Shown here: in pieces, positions 11,801 through 21,170 of the stretch
Layout of the letters: each line of letters starts with the position of its first letter
Position numbering within the stretch: the stretch's first letter is position 1
Assembly: GCA_002269645.1 (NCBI GenBank)
Contig: NIVC01000983.1
Coordinates: 1 to 64,000, forward strand
Length of the DNA stretch: 64,000 nucleotides
Direction: 5' to 3'
Origin: Macrostomum lignano
Lineage: Eukaryota
Position numbers and translations under genes: made by a program
The notes under the pieces: model-generated
The model's input: only the letters and a program-made list of their open reading frames with translations
Told to the model about the DNA's origin: nothing
Database searches by the model: none

Positions 11801-13688
11801 ATGCTGACATTGGGCAGTGAAGCAGTACAAGCTAACATTCCGCAAATCCACTGGCTTTGCAGTAACCTGCTGCGTTTTGTACTTTAATAATGAGCCTAAT
11901 GCATGGAATGCTTCAGCCTTGAACATGGAACTCTTCTTGTCTGTTCTGATCTGTTCTGCTTCTGCTTCTGCTTCTGTTTCTGCTTCTGCTTCTGCTTCTG
12001 TTTCTGCTTCTGCTTCTGCTTCTGTTTCTGCTTCTGTTTCTGTTTCTGTTTCTGTTTCTGTTTCTGTTTCTGCTTCTGCTTCTGCTTCTGTTTCTGCTTC
12101 TGTTTCTGTTTCTGTTTCTGTTTCTATTTCTGTTTCTGTTTCTGTTTCTGTTTCTGTTTCTGCTTCTGTTTCTGTTTCTGTTTCTGTTTCTGTTTCTGTT
12201 TCTGTTTCTGTTTCTATTTCTGCTTCTGCTTCTGCTTCTGTTTCTGTTTCTGCTTCTGTTTCTGTTTCTGTTTCTGTTTCTGTTTCTGCTTCTGTTTCTG
12301 TTTCTGTTTCTGTTTCTGCTTCTGCTTCTGTTTCTGTTTCTGTTTCTGTTTCTGTTTCTGTTTCTGTTTCTGTTTCTGCTTCTGTTTCTGTTTCTGTTTC
12401 TGTTTCTGTTTCTGTTTCTGTTTCTGTTTCTGTTTCTGTTTCTGCTTCTGCTTCTGTTTCTGTTTCTGTTTCTGTTTCTGTTTCTGCTTCTGCTTCTGTT
12501 TCTGTTTCTGTTTCTGTTTCTGTTTCTGTTTCTGTTTCTGTTTCTGTTTCTGTTTCTGTTTCTGTTTCTGTTTCTGTTTCTGTTTCTGTTTCTGTTTCTG
12601 TTTCTATTTCTGCTTCTGCTTCTGCTTCTGTTTCTGTTTCTGTTTTTGTTTCTGCTTCTGTTTCTGTTTCTGTTTCTGTTTCTATTTCTGTTTCTGTTTC
12701 TGTTTCTGTTTCTGTTTCTGTTTCTGTTTCTGTTTCTGTTTCTGTTTCTGTTTCTGTTTCTGCTTCTGCTTCTGTTTCTGTTTCTGTTTCTGTTTCTATT
12801 TCTGTTTCTGTTTCTGTTTCTGTTTCTGTTTCTGTTTCTGTTTCTGCTTCTGTTTCTGTTTCTGTTTCTGTTTCTGTTTCTGTTTCTGCTTCTGCTTCTG
12901 TTTCTGTTTCTGTTTCTGTTTCTGTTTCTGTTTCTGTTTCTGTTTCTGTTTCTGTTTCTGTTTCTGTTTCTGTTTCTATTTCTGTTTCTGCTTCTGCTTC
13001 TGTTTCTGTTTCTGCTTCTGTTTCTGCTTCTGTTTCTGTTTTTGTTTCTGCTTCTGCTTCTGCTTCTGTTTCTGTTTCTGCTTCTGTTTCTGTTTCTGTT
13101 CTGTTCTGTTCTGTTCTGTTCTGTTCTGTTCTGTTCTGTTCTGTTCTGTTCTGTTCTGTTCTGTTCTGTTCTGTTCTGTTCTGTTCTGTCTCTGTTCCGA
13201 GTGCCCACCCGAACCCCGGCCTGAATCCCGCAGGCGTCATGCACGAGGAGATCCTGGAGCACATTCTAGCCCAGATCTTCCCGCTGGGCAACGCGCACCT
13301 GTTCTCCCATTTCGTCTTCTGCTGCTTCGACGTGAACCGGACCGGCTCAGTAAACTTTGAGCAGTTCGTGCTCTGCCTGAACATCCTGCTGAAGGGCAGC
13401 CGGGAGGAGCGGCTGCGCTGGATCTTCAACATGTACGACATCAACAGGGACGGCGAGATCAACCGGCGCGAGCTGCAGGAGCTTGTCGGCGCCGTTTTCG
13501 AACTGCTCGGCGCCCGAGTGCGACCGGCTGTGTCTCCCGGCGACATCGAACGTCATACTGGCGAAGTTTTCTGTCGACTGGACACCGACGGCGACGGAGT
13601 GATCAGCTGGGAGGACTTCCGGGCTCACTTCCGCCGGAACCCGCAGCTGGCAGCCGAAATGGACGCCCTGCTCACCCCTATTGCTTAA
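8896..13688 (+). CDS. KCNIP: KChIP/calsenilin-like neuronal calcium sensor (EF-hand), 2 coding exons, about 282 aa
   Basis: Exons 8896-9289 and 13234-13688 (phase 1, G+GC=Gly). Contains [29 protein letters not shown] (CPxG of dead EF1), [43 protein letters not shown] and [14 protein letters not shown], collinear with the KChIP core. No N-terminal myristoylation Gly. AATAAA at 13782-13787. Start Met uncertain. Confidence 0.9.
9345..9690. repeat. About 25-bp minisatellite (ATCAAAGAGATTGGGGTGGCGGCTC) in KChIP intron
   Basis: Direct inspection. Confidence 0.9.
10331..10515. mobile_element. Possible degenerate MITE-like element
   Basis: Starts CAGTAGCGCAACCAG followed by T and G runs; the putative right end CTTGCTTTCCACTA is only a weak inverted match. 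Confidence 0.25.
10512..10900. repeat. About 51-bp minisatellite (CTCCACTGAATGTACATTTCCTGCACGCCAATTAAGTTCCCCCCTCTCTCT)
   Basis: About 7 units. Confidence 0.92.
11950..13190. repeat. (TCTGTT/TCTGCT)n hexamer array switching to (GTTCT)n pentamer at about 13098
   Basis: Directly precedes the KChIP exon 2 acceptor. Confidence 0.97.
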
Positions 13689-14044
13689 ATTGGAGGAGCT
13701 CAGGAGGCTTCGGTTGCATTGACAACTCAAGTAGAAGGGCGCTGCACCAAATATCTTAGCAAGTCCCCGACAAGTTTCTTGAATAAAAGTTACTGAAGGT
13801 ATATTATAGGGGAGCGGAAATGCTTAAAATGCAATTGTGCTCTCTAAGTGGAGTGTGCATACGAGTACGATAGAAAAACTTGTGAGCGTTCCTCGCTCCA
13901 GAAGGTGAGACATATTGTGACTTTTAATGAGATTTAAGATTTGCACGATCTGCGGTGTAAGCTTGCCATGGACAGCTGAAGCAGAAGGTCCCTGGACTCG
14001 CAATTCGTGCAAATCTTACTGGAGGCCCCCAGGTATTCGCTGCT

Positions 14045-14365
14045 CTCTGTATCTCCCTCTCCGTATCTCCCTCTCCGTATCTCAATCTCCGTACGTATCT
14101 CACTCTCTGTATCTCCCTCTCTGTATCTCCCTCTCTGTATCTCCCTCTCTGTATCTCCCTCTCTGTATCTCCCTCTCTGTACCTCCCTCTCTGTATCTCC
14201 CTCTCTGTATCTCCCTCTCTGTATCTCCCTCTCTGTATCTCCCTCTCCGTATCTCCCTCTCTGCGTATCTCCCACTCTGTATCTCCCTCTCTGTATCTCC
14301 CTCTCTGTATCTCCCTCTCAGTATCTCCCTCTCAGTATCTCCCACTCTCAGTATCTCCCTCTCCG
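14045..14365. repeat. 14-bp minisatellite (GTATCTCCCTCTCT), copy A
   Basis: Same family and orientation as 17358-17910. Confidence 0.93.
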
Positions 14366-14749
14366 ATCTCCCTTTCATTCTCTTCAAGCAAAGTCGCAAC
14401 AACTGACTGTCTGAACTTCTGAATTAAAATAAAGCAAGTCTGAACGGGATTTGCCATTGACAAGTTCCGTCGAGAAAAATCCCATTTAGTAAATGCTCAT
14501 CAAAATCAATCCCCAGAAAATTGGCTGACAATCCTTCTCTCAGGACAGCTGCAATTTGATTGGCTGATTCCCACCCCCAGAGTCCCCTTATCGCCCTCGC
14601 CTATTCCAAATGAAATGTACAATTGTACATTCACTTTGTGTTACTAAAAATAGCTCCCCCTCTCAGAACTGCAATATGATTGGCTGATGCACATCGTTAA
14701 GCCAAGATAACATCGACCTCCTCTGCTCTCAAACTTTAACGGGAAATGA

Positions 14750-16805
14750 TGTAACCACGCTCTGGTCGCGGGATAGGGCATGGGAACTTTTTCGAAAGTG
14801 CCTCCTATCCCGTGCACCCCCTGCACAGAGCTGTCGAGACTCGGCCAGGTCTCCGACCAGGCCTGGAGACTCCCGCTCTGCTGCACCCCTCCTGCTGCCT
14901 TGGTTCCGTCTCCCCTGCCGCCACACCTGCCTTTCCGGAGCTCCCTACCCCTTTCTGCACCTCCCCCTCTACCCTATCTCTTCTGTTTTCCGCCCTATTC
15001 TTCCTGTACTTTCCCTATCCCCCCTCTTTTTGCCTCCCTCTGCACTCTTTTCCTGCGCTGTCCCCTCTTTCCCTGTGTCTACTTACAGTATTTTGTATGC
15101 TCACCGTCTCCCCATCCCCTCCCAAACTCCCAAACGGTGACGCAAGTCGTGTGACCCCTTCTCCCCCTCGGTGACTCATCGATGACTCATCCCCCTCTCT
15201 TGCGCAACCTTTTCTCACGCCATTGTTCTCCTCCCCAAATTTCTCATGCGACACCCACCCCACCTCCGCTTCTATTGTTCTCGTTTTTGATTCTTTTGTT
15301 CTCTCGACCCCCACCAATTATCACATTTCCTCCGATTTTCTCTTTCTTTTGTTCTCGTTTTCGCACCTAATTATCACCTTTTCCCCAATGTTTACTTTTC
15401 CATTGTTCTCAGTTTTCCCCAATTATCCCCGATTTCCAATTCCTTTGTTCTCGACCCCAGCCCTATTGTTCTCAATGTTTGCTTGCGCAACACTTTCGCG
15501 ACCACCCGCTGCGCCAATTATCCCCCACCCCGCCTCCGGATTGCGCAATTTCTCTAATTCTCATGTTGCTATGCCGGTCTCATGCTTCTCATCATGACTC
15601 ATTCTGACGTCATTCTGCCGGCAGCCAATCAGAGAGAGGGAGCCATGGTAACGACCTTGAGGAGGCGGCTGGGAGGTCTATAAAAGGAAGCGATTTCGGC
15701 ATGAGAATCCTCAGAAGCGTTCCTTCTCGTCCTACTGTGGACTTGCTGTCAGACTGAGTTCTGACCCATTCGTCTATAAGACGAATCCCTGCCGGTCCGC
15801 GGTCTGTTACCGCCAAGTTATCCTTAGCTCCCCAAGTGAGCTCGCCTATCGGCCAGCGGTCTGAAACCGCCCAGCATCATCAGCATCGCCTGATCTACAT
15901 CAGCGCCTCGTCGCTCCAGCGCATCGCCGCTTCACCGTCTGCTTGACTGCAGCCTACAGCCGCCCTCGGTCACTCCGCCTCTCTCTCTCTCTGTGCAGCT
16001 GCCGGTAAGTTCCTGCTACTAATTTGTGCTCTAATTGCCTTTGCTTATCCGGGGTTTGCCTATTTTCCATTGTCTGATTAGAGAGCTGAGCCAATTGTGA
16101 TACCGTACTTTTTGCTGTATTTTACTCAATAGTGAAGCCGCCTAATTGCCTGATTATTCGCCTGAGGGCCTAATTATTAACTATTAACTAACTCCATCAT
16201 TATTCACTCTTTAACCATCATTTCACTCATGGCTTGCTAAGCCTTTCTCCCGGGGTGGCAAAGCATAAGGAAGTTGGGTAAGCTAATGGCCTCTCCCCGT
16301 GCAAAGCCCGCCTGTGAGTGCGTGCTGCGGGGCCGTGTGTGCGTGCAGTAGAGGGATTAGCGAGTCTTGGCACAGAATGGCAGTAGAAAGGTTGCAACCC
16401 CATGCTGACGCGTCCCTTCGCCCTGAGCAATCTAAACTACAGACAGTACATGTTCGCCTCATACTACTCTTAGTAATCAAAGTCGTAAGTTAGCCTCGCT
16501 CACAGCCACAAAGGATCCCCTGCTGAGAAATCCTCCAGATTGAGCCCAGAGTTCCCGATCATGCCCCAAGCAGAGTCCCTGTACTCGGCTGCATGTGTCT
16601 CCCCTGTTAGCCTAAATCTCCTGGTAACCATCCCAGGCGGGGCTCTAGCCTCGAGAGGTCTGGTAGAAAGATCCAGGTGCGCCAGGTCACATAGAGTGGT
16701 GGCAGCCACTCGGTCATACTATTTTATTATTAACTTTTACTAAGCGTCTCTGATATTTGCTCTTATAGTGATATTACCGTCTATTCATTTCTCTCCTTTG
16801 TTACA
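14750..16805 (+). mobile_element. Candidate solo LTR / LTR-like promoter cassette
   Basis: Ends TGTAAC (14750) ... GTTACA (16805); internal CRE, CCAAT, TATA, then a G|GTAAGT donor at 16004/16005. No matching TSD (AATGA vs ATCTA) and no gag/pol. Confidence 0.35.
15605..15686 (+). promoter_or_regulatory. Pol II promoter-like cluster: TGACGTCA (15605-15612), CCAAT (15625-15629), TATAAAAG (15679-15686)
   Basis: Canonical order and spacing of CRE, CCAAT and TATA. Confidence 0.55.
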
Positions 16806-17357
16806 ATCTATTTTTTAGAAAATTTCAATACCATATTATAAAAATAAATGTGTAAATTACATCAAGAATGTAAAATCCCACAAATCTACGAGATTTTTGT
16901 AATTTGTGAGCAACACTCCATTCACCCCGATGTGGGTATACTCAATACCACTCCCCCATTTTTAATCATCCCTCAAACATTTCCGTGTAATCAATTATAA
17001 AACTGAAAATACTCTGCCTACACTACTGCATCTACTGAAATAAGTAGCGCTTTAGATTTATGACTTTTTAAAAAACCTCTGAAAAAATAAAAAGAAAAGT
17101 TCTAGTAACTTCGGATTTCAAATCAAGCCGTTTATGACGCCAAAGTTGAATTTGTAGCGTGAAAAATTTTATTTAATAATTAATTCGTGCTCCTTCAAAG
17201 TAGACAGATGTTGCAGAACAGGCAGCCATTGTTAACTATTGCTGACATCCTTTTCAGTTGCTGTCGGTAATCCAATTCCAGCTCTGCGGATGGCGCTCTG
17301 AAGTGCAGTTTGGAGCGGAGCATCAAGTTCAATTGCGAGTGTTCCTTTCCATATCTT

Positions 17358-17910
17358 TCCTCTCTGTATCTCCCTCTCTGTATCTCCCTCTCTGTATCTC
17401 CCTCTCAGTATCTCCCACTCTACGTATCTCCCTCTCCGTATCTCCCTCTCCGTATCTCCCTCTCAGTATCTCCTTCTCCGTATCTCCCACTCTCCGTATC
17501 TCCCTCTCAGTGTCTCCTTCTCCGTATCTCCCACTCTGTATCTCCCTCTCAGTATCTCCTTCTCCGTATCTCCCACTCTCCGTATCTCACTCTCTGTATC
17601 TCCCTCTCTGTATCTCCCTCTCTGTATCTCCCTCTCTGTATCTCCCTCTCTGTATCTCCCTCTCAGTATCTCCCACTTTACGTATCTCCCTCTCCGTATC
17701 TCCCTCTCCGTATATCCCTCTCAGTATCTCCTTCTCCGTATCTCCCACTCTCCGTATCTCCCTCTCAGTGTCTCCTTCTCCGTATCTCCCACTCTGTATC
17801 TCCCTCTCTGTATCTCCCTCTCTGTATCTCCCTCTCCATATCTCCCACTCCGTATCTCCCTCTCCGTATCTCCCTCTCCGTATTTCCCTCTCCGTATCCC
17901 CCTCTCTCCG
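17358..17910. repeat. 14-bp minisatellite (GTATCTCCCTCTCT), copy B
   Basis: Same family as 14045-14365. Confidence 0.93.
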
Positions 17911-18258
17911 TAGATTTCTCAGGCTGCTATTAGCAATCGTTTTCTTAATCAACAAACTTGAATGCTCCTATTCTGCTGTCTAAGCCTGAAGCCCAGTTCA
18001 ATTCATCGGTTGATGACTCAACCCCTCCCCCCCCCTATTGAGCGTTTCTGTCTAAAAAGCTGCCTTTTAGCTTTTCTAATAACTGAAGTCGGACCAGGCG
18101 TGAATAATGGGATTGGGATAATTTCCCGAAACGAAAAACTCCACGTTGCTACATATGGATGATGTAGAGCTTTGGGAGCTCACTGCAATTTCTCAGTTTT
18201 GGTGGTGGCTAATTAGATAATAATTCCCCCAATTAATACAAGTAACCTAATCTGCAGG

Positions 18259-18902
18259 TGCTAGATTAGCAATCCATTGTATTCGTGCATCCTTGTGGGC
18301 TAGATTAGCAATCCATTCTATTCCTGCATCCTTGTGGGCTAGATTAGCAATCCATTCTATTCCTGCATCCCTGTGGGCTAGATTAGCAATCCATTCTATT
18401 CCTGCATCCTTGTGGGCTAGATTAGCAATCCATTCTATTCCTGCATCCTTGTGGGCTAGATTAGCAATCCACTCTATTCCTGCATCCTTGTGGGCTAGAT
18501 TAGCAATCCATTGTATTCCTGCATCCTTGTGGGCTAGATTAGCAATCCATTCTATTCCTGCATCCTTGTGGGCTAGATTAGCAATCCATTCTATTCCTGC
18601 ATCCTTGTGGGCTAGATTAGCAATCCATTCTATTCCTGCATCCTTGTGGGCTAGATTAGCAATCCATTCTATTCCTGCATCCTTGTGGGCTAGATTAGCA
18701 ATCCATTCTATTCCTGCATCCTTGTGGGCTAGATTAGCAATCCATTCTATTCCTGCATCCTTGTGGGCTAGATTAGCAATCCACTCTATTCGTGCATCCT
18801 TGTGGGCTAGATTAGCAATCCATTCTATTCCTGCATCCTTGTGGGCTAGATTAGCAATCCATTCTATTCCTGCATCCTTGTGGGCTAGATTAGCAATCCA
18901 TT
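18259..18902. repeat. 39-bp minisatellite (GCTAGATTAGCAATCCATTCTATTCCTGCATCCTTGTGG)
   Basis: About 16 highly homogeneous units; probably the neuropeptide gene intron. Confidence 0.97.
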
Positions 18903-19384
18903 CTGAGTTCAAATGAATCGCAGAATTGAACCACGGACTTACCCTCAGCCATCTCAATCAGCTTCATTTCTAATAGATGTTCAGCGACATTGCCGAATCG
19001 AGCCTCGGACCTCTTCCTGCCCGGATGCCACGAGTTGTGAAAGTGGACGCTGCGGAAGTAGGCGGGCCGGTCTTCGGAGGAGCCGCCGCCCCCGCCGCCG
19101 CCGCCCCCGCTGCTGCCACCCCCGCCGCCAGCCGGAGTCATCGACTGCTGCGGCTGCTGACTGCGACAGGCCGGTCCCCAGCTTCTGCACGGCATCAGGT
19201 TGAAGAAGCGTCGAGCTCTCGACAAAGTTGGCGAAGCCGAAGATGGCGGAGTAGCTAGACAGAGGCCGGTCAGCAGCAGCAGCAGCAGCGGCAGCAGGTG
19301 CAGCGGCGGCTGTCGTTTGTACAGCGCGCCATCGGCTGGCGAAGGCATGGCTGATGATGGAATAGTTTGAGCTGGCTGGTTCAA
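18890..19384 (-). CDS. Secreted neuropeptide precursor with a corazonin/GnRH-like amidated peptide (SVHFHNSWHP-G-RKR) and a Cys-ring peptide (FFNLMPCRSWGPACR)
   Basis: Hydrophobic signal PLHLLPLLLLLLTGLCLA; furin-type RARR (19208-19219); Gly-rich spacer; amidation/cleavage signal G-RKR (ends 19010). A strong donor G|GTAAGT at 18943/18942 suggests the exon really ends at 18943, with the 39-bp array intronic. Confidence 0.8.
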   Translation of the reverse strand: MNQPAQTIPSSAMPSPADGALYKRQPPLHLLPLLLLLLTGLCLATPPSSASPTLSRARRFFNLMPCRSWGPACRSQQPQQSMTPAGGGGGSSGGGGGGGGGSSEDRPAYFRSVHFHNSWHPGRKRSEARFGNVAEHLLEMKLIEMAEGKSVVQFCDSFELRMDC

Positions 19385-19664
19385 TTGGATGACAGTCTCC
19401 GGGTCAGGCCTTCCAGATTGATGGCGAAGTTCGCGAGGGGCGGCTTGATTTTATTTTTGGCAGAGGGAATGCCCGGGGAATCAGGGGGATTGGCTAACTG
19501 GGAGTCGGGCCACTCATCCACTCGCTACACCTGGCTGCGATCACAGAAAATTGTTTTGAGTCACTGTTAGCCAACTCTGAGTTGATGTGAAACCTGGCAC
19601 AGCTGCTGAAGCAGCTGTAGAACAAAAATGGATCACTGATTTCTGTTTCTTCGCCATCCACTTT

Positions 19665-19970
19665 GTCACTTTTTATCTTGTCACTCTCCACCTTGTCAGG
19701 TTCCGTCTTGTCACTCTCTCCCTTATCAGGTTCCGTCTTGTCACTCTCTAACTTGTCAGGTTCCGTCTTGTCACTCTCTCCCTTATCAGGTTCCGTCTTG
19801 TCACTCTCTCCCTTATCAGGTTCCATCTTGTCACTCTCTAACTTGTCAGGTTGCGTCTTGTCACTCTCTACCTTGTCAGGTTCCGTCTTGTCACTCTCCA
19901 CCTTGTCAGGTTCCGTCTTGTCACTCTCCACCTCGTCAGGTTCCGTCTTGTCACTCCCTTCCTTGTCACT
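19665..19970. repeat. 30-bp minisatellite (TCAGGTTCCGTCTTGTCACTCTCTCCCTTA)
   Basis: About 10 units. Confidence 0.92.
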
Positions 19971-20689
19971 CTAGCTCTCTATCGGTCTCCGCACATCCCC
20001 TGCCTCTCTAATTAAGAAAAGATCAGGTAAAGTTCAGGTAAACCCATCATAGAATCTGTCAGTGAGCGGCGTTCATGAGGCACGGAGTTCAATGGGGATT
20101 CATGAGGATTTATAAAGCCAGTTAATTTTGATAATTTGATTACATGTTACTGACATTCCGTGCCCAATCCTGGCAACACGCAGAGCTCATGTATTTTTAA
20201 CTTCATCGCAAAAATGATTATAAAAAATCCTCTGTTTAGAGGCGGGCCCAGTGCAAGCTTCTAATTTTGGCATCAATCCGACGTCATCTGCAGGCTTCGA
20301 TTCAGCGCATTCAGAAACGGTTGGATGGATGAATGGATCACGAGAACGGGAAGGGGCCGGTTGAGTGCGGAAGAGTTTGGCTGACAAAAATTGGCTCAGA
20401 GCCAAGCTGCACGAGGCCGCGCGCTCTGGCGCACAGCGCCATCAAGCTCAGTTGAAGCTCAGTCACCCAGTGCAGCTGCACAGATTGACTGACCGAGCTC
20501 GCCCACGCATGCCTGGGAGGAGTTAGGGAACAACACACCTACGCTTTTGCCCTGAGGCGATTCTGCCCTGAGAGACTGACTGGGCGGGCTCGAAGAGACA
20601 AGCTGAGGGATTTGTATAGGAATGTTTGAAACTAAGAGAGATGGATGAATATGGAAAAAAGATCGAGAGGATGACAAAGAGAGAAGAGA

Positions 20690-21170
20690 GGTTGGCGGAG
20701 GGAGACGGAGAGGGAGGCGGAGGGAGACGGAGAGGGAGGCGGAGGGAGATGGAGAGGGAGGCGGAGGGAGACGGAGAGGGAGGCGGAGGGAGATGGAGAG
20801 GGAGGCGGAGGGAGATGGAGAGGGAGGCGGAGAGGGAGGCGGAGGGAGATGGAGAGGGAGGCGGAGGGAGATGGAGAGGGAGGCGGAGAGGGAGGCGGAG
20901 GGAGACGGAGAGGGAGGCGGAGGGAGATGGAGAGGGAGGCGGAGGGAGATGGAGAGGGAGGCGGAGGGAGATGGAGAGGGAGGCGGAGGGAGATGGAGAG
21001 GGAGGCGGAGGGAGACGGAGGGAGGCGGAGGGAAATGGAGAGGGAGGCGGAGGGAGATGGAGAGGGAGGCGGAGGGAGACGGAGGGAGGCGGAGGGAGAT
21101 GGAGAGGGAGGCGGAGGGAGACGGAGAGGGAGGCGGAGGGAGACGGGGAGAGAGACTGAGGGGGAGACGG
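20690..21170. repeat. Purine-rich GGAGAGGGAGGCGGAGGGAGA array
   Basis: Direct inspection. Confidence 0.92.

Noticed and set aside
10900-11900. Protein-like reading ([22 protein letters not shown]..) inside the KChIP intron
   Set aside because: Interrupted by stops and no recognisable motif; cannot be supported without a BLASTx.
4017-19384. GPCR and neuropeptide precursor as a linked ligand-receptor pair
   Set aside because: The receptor lacks recognisable CRZ/GnRH receptor features, and proximity of 12 kb is not evidence in a metazoan genome.
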